Below are positions 1-10,330 of a stretch of 64,000 bases of DNA, one piece after another (within the stretch, counting starts at the first letter, position 1; every line of letters starts with the position of its first letter). The translations under genes and the position numbers were made by a program. A model generated the notes under the pieces. It worked only from the letters and a program-made list of their open reading frames with translations, made no database searches and had not been told where the DNA came from. This DNA is from Methanobacteriota archaeon (GTDB lineage: Archaea; JAADCQ01; Methanopyri; Methanopyrales; Methanopyraceae): contig JAMOPO010000052.1 in assembly GCA_027064425.1 (NCBI GenBank), positions 128,001 to 192,000 of the forward strand, in the 5' to 3' direction.

Positions 1-1
1 A

Positions 2-73
2 TTGCCCAGGGAGCGGGTTCAGGAGGTTGTCGACAGTATTCTAGTGAAGAGGCCTGGCGGGACGGACCGCTGA
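2..73 (+). CDS. 3' end of an unidentified CDS running in from the left edge
   Basis: Frame 2 is open from the window edge (LPRERVQEVVDSILVKRPGGTDR*) to TGA at 71-73. Confidence 0.3.
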   Translation: MPRERVQEVVDSILVKRPGGTDR

Positions 74-155
74 GGGATGACGACTACGGGAGCCGGGAGC
101 GGATCCCGCCCCCCTCTGCTTACGAACCCGACAAGGCCGGGCGGGAGGGGATAGC

Positions 156-1064
156 GTGACCGAGCTCGAGGTGAACGGGGTGCCGGTGGAGGACACGTAC
201 TGCGAGGCGTTCAAGGGCCTCTACGCCCGGTTCATCGTGACCGCGGCCGACGAGCGTCCGCTGAAGGAGGCCGCCGAAAACGTCGCCGCCCTGCCCGCCA
301 CCGTGTTCGGCGAGTCGGAGGCGGGCGTCGAGCGCTGGCTCGACGAGGACGAGACCCCGGACGGCCGACCCGGGTTCATCGCGCAGGTGTGGGTCGAGCA
401 CGGGGATAAGGCCGTCGAGAAGCTCGAGCGGGAGCTGGGCAAGCGGATCCGCCAGGGCGTCCTCGTGCGCCCCACCACCCGAGTCTTCGACGCCTGCGAG
501 GACCCGGTCGGCTACATCGACACCGAGCGCCCCATCGGGCGCTGCGGGGACGGGTACGAGTACACCGACGTCAAGTTCGGCCGCGAGGTCGTCAACATCC
601 CGATCATGATGGGGGAGTTCCAGATCGAGCGACGCCTGGGCTACGGCGAGGGAGTTGCCGGGGGCCTCGTCTGGCTCTTCTGCGAGGACACGGAGGCGGC
701 CCTGGAGGCCGGATACCGCGCGGTCGACGCGCTCAAGGATCTCGAGGGCGTCATCACCCCGTTCAACGTCTGCGCCGCGGGGTCCAAGCCCGAGACCATC
801 TACCCCGACATCGGACCCACCACCAACCACCCGTACTGCCCCACGCTCCGGGACCGGATCCTGGACTCCAAGGTGCCCGAAGGCGTGGAGGCGATCCCGG
901 AGATCGTGATCAACGGAGTCTCCCTGGACGCCGTCAAGAAGGCCATCCGTATCGCCATCGAGGCGGCGACCGAGGTCGATGGCGTGGTCAAGGTCACCGC
1001 CGGGAACTTCGGAGGCAAGCTCGGCGACTATCGAATCCCGCTCCGGGAGTGCCTGCGAGAATGA
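156..1064 (+). CDS. Formylmethanofuran:tetrahydromethanopterin formyltransferase-like protein (Ftr paralogue)
   Basis: Ftr motifs NGVxVEDTYCEAF, ETPDGRPG, GVAGG, TTNxxYCPT, EIVING, AGNFGGKLG; divergent from canonical Ftr in the middle of the protein. Confidence 0.9.
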   Translation: MTELEVNGVPVEDTYCEAFKGLYARFIVTAADERPLKEAAENVAALPATVFGESEAGVERWLDEDETPDGRPGFIAQVWVEHGDKAVEKLERELGKRIRQGVLVRPTTRVFDACEDPVGYIDTERPIGRCGDGYEYTDVKFGREVVNIPIMMGEFQIERRLGYGEGVAGGLVWLFCEDTEAALEAGYRAVDALKDLEGVITPFNVCAAGSKPETIYPDIGPTTNHPYCPTLRDRILDSKVPEGVEAIPEIVINGVSLDAVKKAIRIAIEAATEVDGVVKVTAGNFGGKLGDYRIPLRECLRE

Positions 1065-1951
1065 GCGTGGAGGTCGTCGGACTCGGCGCCATCAACGTGG
1101 ACGAGCTCCTGCACCTCCCTCGAATGCCGGAGGAGGACGACTCCGTCCCCGTCGAGCGGCACGAGCGCCGCGGCGGCGGGTCCGCCGCCAACACCGTCTG
1201 CTGGCTCGCCCACCTCGGTCGCCGCACCGGCTTCGTCGGCAAGGTCGGGAGCGACGACCTGGCCGAGTTCGCGCTCCGAGAGTTCGAGAAGTACGGCGTT
1301 GACACCTCCAGGATCGTCCAAGGCGAGGGGCGCACGGGCGTCGCCTACTGCCTGATCTCCGGGAGCGACCGCCGCATCCTCGTGGATCCCGGCGTCAACG
1401 ACGAGCTGCGCGTCGAGGACGTGGACCTGGACTACATCCTCGAGGCCGAGCTCCTCCACACCAGCTCCTTCATCGGCCTCCGGACCGAGACCTCGCTGGA
1501 GACGCTGCTGACCGTCATGCGCGAGGCCAGCGGCGAGATCGCCGTCACCTTCACCCCCGCCACCATGGTTCTCCGCGGCTACAGCTACCTCGAACCCTAC
1601 CTCCGCGCCGCCGACGTGGTGTTCCTGAACGAGACCGAAGCCAAGCAGCTCACCGGCAGCGTCGAGGACACCCTCAACCGGCTCTCCCGGCTCACCGACA
1701 TCGTGGTGGTGACCCGCGGGCCCGAGCCCGCCCTCGTACGGTGCGGGAACGAGACTCTGGAGGTCCCACCCGAGCGCGTCCCCGAGGAGGAGATCGTCGA
1801 CCCGACCGGGGCCGGCGACGCCTTCGCCGCCGGCTTCATCGACGGGCTGCTCCGCGGCGACCCACCCGACAAGTGCTGCGAGCGCGGGCACGAAGTGGCA
1901 CGAGAATGCCTCAAAGTGATGGGCTGTCGACCGGGTCTCGATAACCGGTGA
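1061..1951 (+). CDS. PfkB/ribokinase-family carbohydrate kinase
   Basis: GGSAANT, FLNETEA and DPTGAGDAF signatures; ATG at 1061 overlaps the upstream stop (ATGA). Confidence 0.92.
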   Translation: MSVEVVGLGAINVDELLHLPRMPEEDDSVPVERHERRGGGSAANTVCWLAHLGRRTGFVGKVGSDDLAEFALREFEKYGVDTSRIVQGEGRTGVAYCLISGSDRRILVDPGVNDELRVEDVDLDYILEAELLHTSSFIGLRTETSLETLLTVMREASGEIAVTFTPATMVLRGYSYLEPYLRAADVVFLNETEAKQLTGSVEDTLNRLSRLTDIVVVTRGPEPALVRCGNETLEVPPERVPEEEIVDPTGAGDAFAAGFIDGLLRGDPPDKCCERGHEVARECLKVMGCRPGLDNR

Positions 1952-2153
1952 GCGGGGGCGGGGCCGGTGAGCCTCCTCTGGGAGACCTGACATCCCACAA
2001 TCCCGAGCCACGTTTACCTGGCGATAACCCCAGCGGACCCCTCCTTTACCATCCTGGGCGTCCCGCTGTCGGTAATCGCTTACAGGCTACTCAAGGGCAC
2101 GCTCAAGCTTGGACGCGACCCGAGCGAACCAAGCGGTAAGGAGGGCCGAGCTC

Positions 2154-2405
2154 ATGGGTTGGGGTTACCGCAAGATTTACCACAAGAAAGTTATCCCACA
2201 CCACCATCCGGGTTACCACAAGAAGGTGATCGTGCACCACCATTACCACCATCCGCTGCTCCCATGGGGTCACCACTGGACGCACTCCTCCCACCCGGTG
2301 GTGTCAGCGCACCACGGTCACGGGGTTTCGGTAACTCTTCCAGTGATCCTGCTGGGACTCCTGCTCGCCCTGCTGCTCGCCTCGGCCCGCCCTACTTCCG
2401 AATGA
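2154..2405 (+). CDS. Small His-rich protein with C-terminal transmembrane helix
   Basis: ATG 2154 preceded by GGAGG; repeated GYHKKVIxHHH; hydrophobic tail VTLPVILLGLLLALLLA. Confidence 0.55.
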   Translation: MGWGYRKIYHKKVIPHHHPGYHKKVIVHHHYHHPLLPWGHHWTHSSHPVVSAHHGHGVSVTLPVILLGLLLALLLASARPTSE

Positions 2406-3159
2406 ACCCCGCCAGCTTGTGCACCTGCGGTAGGATCCGGACCTCCGACTTCACCCCCCTCGCCAGCCCCCACAGCTCCCCCAGCCCGGGCTCCTTCTCA
2501 CCGTCCGTAGCCGGTTGCAGGACGATGGTGTCCAACTCCAGCCCATCGAGCCTCTCAAGGACGTCCGGAGCAATCTCGAAACACTCCTCCGAGTACAGCA
2601 CCAGCTTGGCGTAGACCAGCTCGCAGCGCTCCCTGACGCGCTCCAGGAACTCCAGGCACCGATCCGGAAATCCCTCCATTCTGGGACCGTGAGACGGCAG
2701 CTTCACGTCCGCCGAGACAATGTCCACCTCGACCCTCTCGGCCCGGTCCGGAAGGGAGGCGTTCGTTTCAAGGAGGACCCGGAAGCCACGCTCTCTCAGC
2801 TCCCTGATCAGCCTCTGTAGCGCGCTAAGGGGCTGCACCAGCGGCTCGCCACCCGTGAGCGAGACGGTGCGGAACGCCCCCACCTCCTCCTCCAGGCTAA
2901 CAACGGCCTCAACGAGCCGATCGGGCCGCGCCGGGCTGTCCACGGTGCCCAGCTCCTCGCCGTCCGGGTCGAGCACGGGCGCCTCAGGGCGCGCGCTCCG
3001 GGACGCCGGCTCGTCGCAGTAGTGGCAGCTCAGGTTGCACCCGGAGAACCGGATGAAGGACTGGGGCTCTCCGACCAGGGGCCCCTCTCCCTGAACCGAG
3101 GCGAAGACCTCGTACACGTTCAGCCGAGGCGGACGCGAGCCTCGGCCCCTTGCCCCCAA
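2392..3159 (-). CDS. queE: 7-carboxy-7-deazaguanine synthase (radical SAM)
   Basis: EVFASVQGEG, CNLSCHYCD (CxxxCxxC), TGGEPL, ETN, PQVHK; adjacent to queD; exact start uncertain. Confidence 0.9.
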   Translation of the reverse strand: MGARGRGSRPPRLNVYEVFASVQGEGPLVGEPQSFIRFSGCNLSCHYCDEPASRSARPEAPVLDPDGEELGTVDSPARPDRLVEAVVSLEEEVGAFRTVSLTGGEPLVQPLSALQRLIRELRERGFRVLLETNASLPDRAERVEVDIVSADVKLPSHGPRMEGFPDRCLEFLERVRERCELVYAKLVLYSEECFEIAPDVLERLDGLELDTIVLQPATDGEKEPGLGELWGLARGVKSEVRILPQVHKLAGFIRK

Positions 3160-3617
3160 CCCTCATCAACCCTCACTCGCAGCTCTTTCAGGTTCTCCTC
3201 CCCTTCCAGCTCACGTCGTAGCTCTCGGGCGAGGTACCTGGCGAGGTCCTCGGCCGAGAGGGACTCCGCGGGGACGAACGCGACGTCCTCCTCGGGGAAC
3301 ACGTACCGCTTGCCGTCCGGCAGCTCGACCTCCACCTCGCCGTCCTCGCGGCGGACCCTGAACTGGTCGGATTCGGTGGGGATCAGCACCCGGTGGTCCA
3401 ATGGTTTTATCAGCTCCCTGACGAGGCTTTTCAGCCTGTCGAAGTCGTACACGAACCCGTGCGGCTCCGTCCTGCGCCCCCTCAGCTCTATCGACACGTG
3501 GTAAGTGTGACCGTGCAGCCTCCCGCACTTGCCGTGCCCGGGGATCACGTGACAGGCAGAGAACCTTAGACCGAGCTCCCGACCGTCCAGGTACACGCGC
3601 AATCGCGGCTCCCCCAC
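3120..3617 (-). CDS. queD: 6-carboxytetrahydropterin synthase (6-pyruvoyl-tetrahydropterin synthase family)
   Basis: FSACH, CGRLHGHTY, DF, LDH, SAEDLA motifs. Confidence 0.88.
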   Translation of the reverse strand: MGEPRLRVYLDGRELGLRFSACHVIPGHGKCGRLHGHTYHVSIELRGRRTEPHGFVYDFDRLKSLVRELIKPLDHRVLIPTESDQFRVRREDGEVEVELPDGKRYVFPEEDVAFVPAESLSAEDLARYLARELRRELEGEENLKELRVRVDEGWGQGAEARVRLG

Positions 3618-3747
3618 CGATGATGATCAGCCGGAACTCCGACGCCAGATGACGTGCCCTGGCTTTACTGAGGTGGCGTACGGGGTCGGCGGTTAAGGCC
3701 CTCATCACCCTTCGGCCACCGCCGTAGGTCCTCATCCCCCGAGGGGG

Positions 3748-5526
3748 TTGAGCGGCGTGCCGGTGGTCACGATCCGGCACGACAAGCTGGTCGAGCTGCT
3801 GGACGAGGACGTGTCCTTCGACGAACTAGCGCACGAGCTGATCCCGATGCTGGGCAGCGACGTGGAGCGCATCGACGAGCGGGAGGGCGTCATCGAGACC
3901 GAGTTCTTCCCGAACCGGCCGGACCTGTACAGCGTGGAGGGGGTCGCCCGGGCGCTCAAAGGGTTTATGGGGCTGGAGACGGGGCTGCCCGAGTACCCAG
4001 TCGGCGACTCCGGGATCCGGGCCCGCGTGGAGGAGAGCGTGCTGGACGAGCGGCCCTGCCTGGCGCTGGCCGTGGTCCGCGGGGTCGAGCTGGACGAGTG
4101 GGACCTGGAGCATCTGATGGAGTTCCAGGAGCACCTGCACTGGGTCATCGGCAGAGACCGCCGCAAGGCGGCCATCGGCATCCACGACCTGGACGCCGTT
4201 GAGCCGCCACTCCGCTACCTGGCGGTGGACCCGGACGACGAGGACTGGGCCTTCGAGCCGCTGGACCACCCGGGAGAGGAGATGACCCCGGCCGAGGTGC
4301 TCAAGCGGCACGAGAAGGGTCGAGAGTACGGCCACCTGGTGGGCGAGCGGGCCCCGATCCTGGCCGACGAGGAGGGGCCGATATCACTGCCGCCGGTGAT
4401 CAACTCCGAGCGCACTCGAGTTACGGAGGACACGACCGACCTGCTGATCGACGTAACCGGCACCGGGTGGCGCCCGGTCCTGGACGCCCTGCACGTGATC
4501 GTGTGCAACCTGGCCGAGCGGGGCGCCAAGATCGAGCGGGTGGAGATCGTCGGCGCGTACGAGCGGATCACCCCGACGATGGAGATCGACGTGTGGGACG
4601 TCCCAGTTCGGGAGGCTCGAAGGCTGCTCGGCGTCGAGCTCTCGGGCGAGGAGCTCGAGGAGCTGCTCTCTCGAGCCCGGCACGAGGCGGTGTTCGTCCC
4701 GGAGGGCGAGCGCGAGCTCCGGGAGCTCCCGCTGCCGGATCACTTCCACGTCGAGGCCGACTGGAGGGAGCTCCCACCAGTTCTGCACGACGAGGACGTC
4801 GTCCGCGTCTTCGTCGGCCCGTGGCGGACCAACATCCTCCACGAGTGGGACCTGATCGAGGACGCGGGCATCATGTACAATTACTCAAAGTTCGAGCCCC
4901 GACCGCCGCGCGTGTACACCGAGTCCCGGGCGGACGAGGAGCGGGAGTTCATCGGCCTGGTCCGGGACATCCTCGCCCGGCTCAAGTTCGTGGAGGTCAA
5001 CTCGCTGACGCTGACCAGCCCGGAGATGAACTACCGCAAGATGCGGCTCGAGCCCGACGGGCGGGCGGTCAAGATCGCCAACCCGATCCAGAGGGAGTAC
5101 ACCATGGTGCGCACTTGGGTCCTGCCGTCCCTGCTCCGCTTCCTGTCGGACAACAAGCACCGGCCCTACCCGCAGCGCGTGTTCGAGGTGGGCGAGGTGG
5201 CCGAGCTGGACGAGGAGGCCGAGACGGGCGCTAGCGACCGCTGGAAGCTGGCCCTGGCGGTGGCGGGGCCGGGGACCGGTTTCTCCGAGATCAAGTCGGT
5301 GGTGGAGGCCCTGCTGCGCGAGCTCGACGTGCGGGAGTGGGAGGTGAAGGAGCTGGATCACCCATCATTTATTAATGGGAGGTGCGCCGAGGTCCTTGTG
5401 AACGGCCTGAAAATAGGCTTCTTCGGCGAGATCCACCCGGAGGTGCTGGAGGAGTTCGATTTAGAGGTCCCCGTCGCCGCCGGTGAGTTCGAGATTTCCG
5501 CCCTCAGAAGGGCGGCCGGGTGGTGA
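3748..5526 (+). CDS. pheT: Phenylalanine--tRNA ligase beta subunit
   Basis: PNRPDLYSVEGVARAL, QEHLH..GRDRRKAAIGIHD, PPVINS, GEIHPEVL; start may be GTG 3757. Confidence 0.96.
   Translation: MSGVPVVTIRHDKLVELLDEDVSFDELAHELIPMLGSDVERIDEREGVIETEFFPNRPDLYSVEGVARALKGFMGLETGLPEYPVGDSGIRARVEESVLDERPCLALAVVRGVELDEWDLEHLMEFQEHLHWVIGRDRRKAAIGIHDLDAVEPPLRYLAVDPDDEDWAFEPLDHPGEEMTPAEVLKRHEKGREYGHLVGERAPILADEEGPISLPPVINSERTRVTEDTTDLLIDVTGTGWRPVLDALHVIVCNLAERGAKIERVEIVGAYERITPTMEIDVWDVPVREARRLLGVELSGEELEELLSRARHEAVFVPEGERELRELPLPDHFHVEADWRELPPVLHDEDVVRVFVGPWRTNILHEWDLIEDAGIMYNYSKFEPRPPRVYTESRADEEREFIGLVRDILARLKFVEVNSLTLTSPEMNYRKMRLEPDGRAVKIANPIQREYTMVRTWVLPSLLRFLSDNKHRPYPQRVFEVGEVAELDEEAETGASDRWKLALAVAGPGTGFSEIKSVVEALLRELDVREWEVKELDHPSFINGRCAEVLVNGLKIGFFGEIHPEVLEEFDLEVPVAAGEFEISALRRAAGW
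5368..5376 (+). promoter_or_regulatory. Putative TATA box inside pheT, candidate promoter for the ftsZ operon
   Basis: TTTATTAAT island in GC-rich coding DNA about 160 nt upstream of ftsZ. Confidence 0.35.
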
Positions 5527-5529
5527 CCC

Positions 5530-6732
5530 TTGGAACAGATCGTCAAGTCAGCGCTGGAGCGAATGGAGGAGGAAGTCAAGGGGGGAGAAGCCCCACCCCA
5601 CCGCGACCGTAGCCAGTCCGAAGAGGACCAAGAGCTGATGGAGGTCCTGGAGGAGGCTCGCGCCAAGATCCTGGTCGTGGGCGTCGGCGGGGCGGGCAAC
5701 AACACCGCCACCCGGCTCAAGGAGGAGGGGATCGAGGGCGCGGAGATCGTCGCCGTGAACACGGACGCTCAGGACCTCGTCGCCTGCAAGGCGGACAGGA
5801 AGGTGTTGATCGGCTACGAGCTCACCCGCGGGCTCGGCGCGGGCGGGGACCCGCGCATCGGCGAGGAGGCTGCGAAGGAGGACATCGACAAGATCAAGGA
5901 GGTCGTCGAGGGCGCGGACATGGTGTTCGTGACCTGCGGGCTCGGCGGCGGGACCGGGACAGGGGCCGCCCCCGTCATCGCTGAGGCCGCCCGGAAGAGC
6001 GGCGCCCTCACCATCGGGGTCGTCACCCTCCCGTTCTCCGTGGAGGGCCGCAAGCGCATCGAGAACGCGCTCGAGGGGCTGGACAAGCTCAAGCAGGTCG
6101 TGGACACGTGCATCGTCATCCCGAACGACCGTCTCCTGGAGATCGTCCCCGACCTGCCCATCACCGCCGCGTTCAAGGTCGCCGACGAGGTCCTGATCAA
6201 CGCGGTGAAGGGCATCACCGAGATGATCACCAAGCCGGGTCTCATGAACCTCGACTTCGCGGACGTGAAGGCCGTGATGGAGGACGGCGGCCTCGCGCTC
6301 ATCGGTATCGGAGAGGCGGAGAACGATTCCGAATCCAACCGCTCGGTCAAAGCCGTCGAGAGCGCCCTGAACAACCCGCTCGTCGAGGTCGACGTGAGCG
6401 GGGCGACGGGAGCCCTGGTCAACATCGTCGGCGGGAAGGACCTGACCCTCAAGGAGGCTGAGGAGGTGGTGGAGCTGGTGGCCTCCGAGCTGGCGGAGGA
6501 CGCGACCATCATCTGGGGCGCTCAGATCGACGAGGACCTGAACGACATCCTCCGCGTCACGGTCATCGTGACCGGGATAGAGGACGTCGACTTCCACTCG
6601 ATGTTCAACATCTCCGGCTCCGGCCGCCGCGAGGAGGAAGAGGAGGAGCGTCCCCTGGAAACCAGGAAACGCGAGGAAGAGAAAAGGAAAAGGGAGACCC
6701 CCTCGATCGACGAGCTGGAGAAGATCCTGTAG
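5530..6732 (+). CDS. ftsZ: Cell division protein FtsZ (FtsZ1 type)
   Basis: [33 protein letters not shown]; canonical ftsZ-secE-spt5-rpl11 context. Confidence 0.98.
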   Translation: MEQIVKSALERMEEEVKGGEAPPHRDRSQSEEDQELMEVLEEARAKILVVGVGGAGNNTATRLKEEGIEGAEIVAVNTDAQDLVACKADRKVLIGYELTRGLGAGGDPRIGEEAAKEDIDKIKEVVEGADMVFVTCGLGGGTGTGAAPVIAEAARKSGALTIGVVTLPFSVEGRKRIENALEGLDKLKQVVDTCIVIPNDRLLEIVPDLPITAAFKVADEVLINAVKGITEMITKPGLMNLDFADVKAVMEDGGLALIGIGEAENDSESNRSVKAVESALNNPLVEVDVSGATGALVNIVGGKDLTLKEAEEVVELVASELAEDATIIWGAQIDEDLNDILRVTVIVTGIEDVDFHSMFNISGSGRREEEEEERPLETRKREEEKRKRETPSIDELEKIL

Positions 6733-6743
6733 GGGGATCCCCC

Positions 6744-6929
6744 GTGAGCGCGCTCCGCGACCTCATCGAGTTCCTCCGCGAGTGCCGGATGGTCCTGAAA
6801 GCCGCCCGCAAGCCCACCCGGGACGAGTACCTTGAGTCCGCCAAGATCGCGGGCGCGGGCATCCTGATCGTCGGCGGGATCGGGTTCCTGATCCGGGTGA
6901 TCGTCCAGGTCCTGCAACTATATTACTAG
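6744..6929 (+). CDS. secE: Preprotein translocase subunit SecE/Sec61-gamma
   Basis: [15 protein letters not shown] followed by TM helix [12 protein letters not shown]; synteny. Confidence 0.93.
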   Translation: MSALRDLIEFLRECRMVLKAARKPTRDEYLESAKIAGAGILIVGGIGFLIRVIVQVLQLYY

Positions 6930-7460
6930 GTGGGGCCGGGCGCGTTGGCGGAGGAGAATGGGGAGAACGGCGAGGAGACGGAGTCAAAGTTCTACGCCGT
7001 CCGCGTGCAGGCTGGTAGGGAGAAGAACGCCGCGGAAATGCTCGCGATGCGGGCCCGGAAGCGCATCAAGGAGGACAACGCGGACCTCGGCCTGAAAGCC
7101 ATCATCGCCCCGGACGATCTCCGCGGGTACTTCATCCTGGAGGTCGAGGATCTCACCGATGAGCTCCGGGAGCTCGTGTACGACCTGCCCGACGCGCGCG
7201 GTATCGTGGACAAGCAGATCGACTTCGAGGAGATCGACCACTACTTCGCGCCGAAGCCAGAGGCCGTGGAGATCAGCGAGGGCGACATCGTCGAGATCCT
7301 CTCCGGACCGTTCAAGGGCGAGAAGGCCCGCGTCGTAAGCGTCGACGAGTCCCGAGGAGAGATCACCGTCGAGCTGCTCGAGGCGCCCGTGCCCATCCCC
7401 GTAACGGTAAAAGTCGACTCCCTCCGGCTCCTGCGGGAAGAGGAGGAGTACGAGGAGTAA
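6930..7460 (+). CDS. spt5: Transcription elongation factor Spt5/NusG
   Basis: YAVRVQAGRE, LRGYFILE, KOW motif GDIVEILSGPFKGEKARV; start may be TTG 6945. Confidence 0.95.
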   Translation: MGPGALAEENGENGEETESKFYAVRVQAGREKNAAEMLAMRARKRIKEDNADLGLKAIIAPDDLRGYFILEVEDLTDELRELVYDLPDARGIVDKQIDFEEIDHYFAPKPEAVEISEGDIVEILSGPFKGEKARVVSVDESRGEITVELLEAPVPIPVTVKVDSLRLLREEEEYEE

Positions 7461-7487
7461 TCAAGTGGGGTTGGGGGCGCCCTCCCC

Positions 7488-8000
7488 ATGGGCAAGGAGG
7501 AGGTTGAAGTGCTGATCGAGGGAGGTAAGGCCGACCCCGGACCACCGTTGGGACCGGCCCTCGGACCGCTGGGAGTTAACATCCAGGAAGTGGTGGAGGA
7601 GATCAACAAGAAGACCAAGAAGTTCGAGGGAATGGAGGTTCCAGTTAAGATCATCGTGGATACGGAAACCAAGGAATTCGAGGTTAAAGTCGGATCACCA
7701 CCGACGTCAGCGATCATCAAGAAGGAGCTCGGTATCGACAAGGGAGCCCACGAGCCCAGGCGCGAGACCGTCGGCGATCTGTCAATGGAGCAGGTGATCA
7801 AGATCGCCAAGATGAAGTTCGACGACCTGCTCTCGTACGACCTCAAGACGGCCGTCAAGGAGATCCTTGGAACCTGCGGCAGCATGGGCGTGACGGTGGA
7901 GGGCAAGGACCCGAAGGAGGTCCAGAAGGAGGTGGACGAGGGCAAGTGGGACGATCTGATCGAGAAGCACGAAAAGGAGCTCAAGGAGGAGGAAGAGTAG
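7488..8000 (+). CDS. rpl11: 50S ribosomal protein L11 (uL11)
   Basis: [36 protein letters not shown]. Confidence 0.98.
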   Translation: MGKEEVEVLIEGGKADPGPPLGPALGPLGVNIQEVVEEINKKTKKFEGMEVPVKIIVDTETKEFEVKVGSPPTSAIIKKELGIDKGAHEPRRETVGDLSMEQVIKIAKMKFDDLLSYDLKTAVKEILGTCGSMGVTVEGKDPKEVQKEVDEGKWDDLIEKHEKELKEEEE

Positions 8001-8016
8001 CGGCGGGTGACCCGGG

Positions 8017-8661
8017 TTGCTGAAGAAGGAGGACCTGATCGAGCCGCTGGAGAAGGTCGTGGAGTACTCCCCGCCCCGCCGCTTCCTGGAGTCCGTTGAC
8101 ATGATCATCAACCTCACCGGCGTCGACCTGTCCGACCCCTCCCAGCGCATCGACAAGGAGGTGGTGCTGCCCCACGGTCGCGGCAAGCCGGTGAAGGTCT
8201 GCGTGATCGCCGAGGGCGAGATGGCCCGGGAGGCTGAGGAGGCCGGGGCGACGGTCATCACGAGGGAAGACCTCCAGCGGCTCGCGGAGAACAAGCGCGA
8301 GGCCAAGAAGCTGGCCCGGAAGCATGACTTCTTCTACGCCCAGGCCGACCTCATGCCTGAGGTGGGTCGCGTGCTCGGACCCGTCCTGGGCCCGCGGGGC
8401 AAGATGGCCAAGCCGATCCCACCCAACGCCGACGTCAAGGCCGTCATCGAGCGCGCGCACCGCACGGCCCGCGTCAAGATGCGCGACCAGCCGGTCATTC
8501 ACACGGTCATCGGCGCCCGCAACATGGAGCCGGAGAAGCTGGCCGAGAACGCCATGACGGTCATCAACGAGGTCGTGTCCGAGCTCGACAAGGGCTGGTC
8601 CCAGATCGACTCCATCTTCGTGAAGACTACGATGGGCCCGGCCGAGCGGGTGTACCCGTAG
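8017..8661 (+). CDS. rpl1: 50S ribosomal protein L1 (uL1)
   Basis: RRFLESVD, LPHGRGK, LGPVLGPRGKM, VKTTMGP. Confidence 0.98.
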   Translation: MLKKEDLIEPLEKVVEYSPPRRFLESVDMIINLTGVDLSDPSQRIDKEVVLPHGRGKPVKVCVIAEGEMAREAEEAGATVITREDLQRLAENKREAKKLARKHDFFYAQADLMPEVGRVLGPVLGPRGKMAKPIPPNADVKAVIERAHRTARVKMRDQPVIHTVIGARNMEPEKLAENAMTVINEVVSELDKGWSQIDSIFVKTTMGPAERVYP

Positions 8662-8674
8662 GGGCGTGAGCGCG

Positions 8675-9754
<1,080 letters not shown>

Positions 9755-9775
9755 CCCGGGCCGGGGGCCACGCCC

Positions 9776-10312
9776 CTGCCCCATAACGTCGTTCTTACCG
9801 GCAGGCCCGGCGTCGGCAAGACCACGATTTGTCTCAAGGTTCGAAACGATTTGGAGGACCGCGGCTACACCGTCGGCGGCATTTACTGCCCCGAGGTGCG
9901 GCGCGGCGGCCGGCGCGTAGGGTTCAAGATCGTCGACCTGACCGAGGACGACGAGTACCCGCTCGCGGAGGTGGGCGCCCCCGGCCCGCGCGTGGGCCGC
10001 TACGGCGTTTACGTTGAGAACCTCGAGCGCGCGGCCGACTCCATCGAGCGCGCCGTCGAGGAGGCGGACCTGGTCATCGTGGACGAGGTCGGCCCGATGG
10101 AGCTCAAGTCCGAGCGGTTCGTCGAGGCCGTCGAGACCGCGGCCGACGCCGAGACCCCGACCATTTTCGTCGTCCACGAGCGTTCCCGGCACCCGACCGT
10201 GGTCGACCTCCGCGAGCGCCGCGACGACGCTGAACGCTACCGCGTCACGCTCGAGAACCGGGACCGACTTCCGGAGGAGATCGTCCAGCTGGTGCTGGAC
10301 TGGCTCGAGTAA
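9776..10312 (+). CDS. Nucleoside-triphosphatase (THEP1/NTPase_1 family); probable CTG start
   Basis: Walker A LTGRPGVGKTT lies upstream of the ORF-track start; also RVGRYGV and IVDEVGPMELKS. Confidence 0.9.
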   Translation: MPHNVVLTGRPGVGKTTICLKVRNDLEDRGYTVGGIYCPEVRRGGRRVGFKIVDLTEDDEYPLAEVGAPGPRVGRYGVYVENLERAADSIERAVEEADLVIVDEVGPMELKSERFVEAVETAADAETPTIFVVHERSRHPTVVDLRERRDDAERYRVTLENRDRLPEEIVQLVLDWLE

Positions 10313-10330
10313 GGGACCGCGGGTGATAGC

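Noticed and set aside
1967-2153. Frame with GTG start and early in-frame TGA (MSLLWET*HPTIPSH...), considered as a selenoprotein or readthrough
   Set aside because: No redox motif context and no recognisable SECIS; more likely non-coding or decayed sequence
2392-3617. queD/queE as a DNA 7-deazaguanine modification (dpd) island
   Set aside because: No dpdA/tgt-like or defence genes nearby; consistent with ordinary archaeosine precursor synthesis
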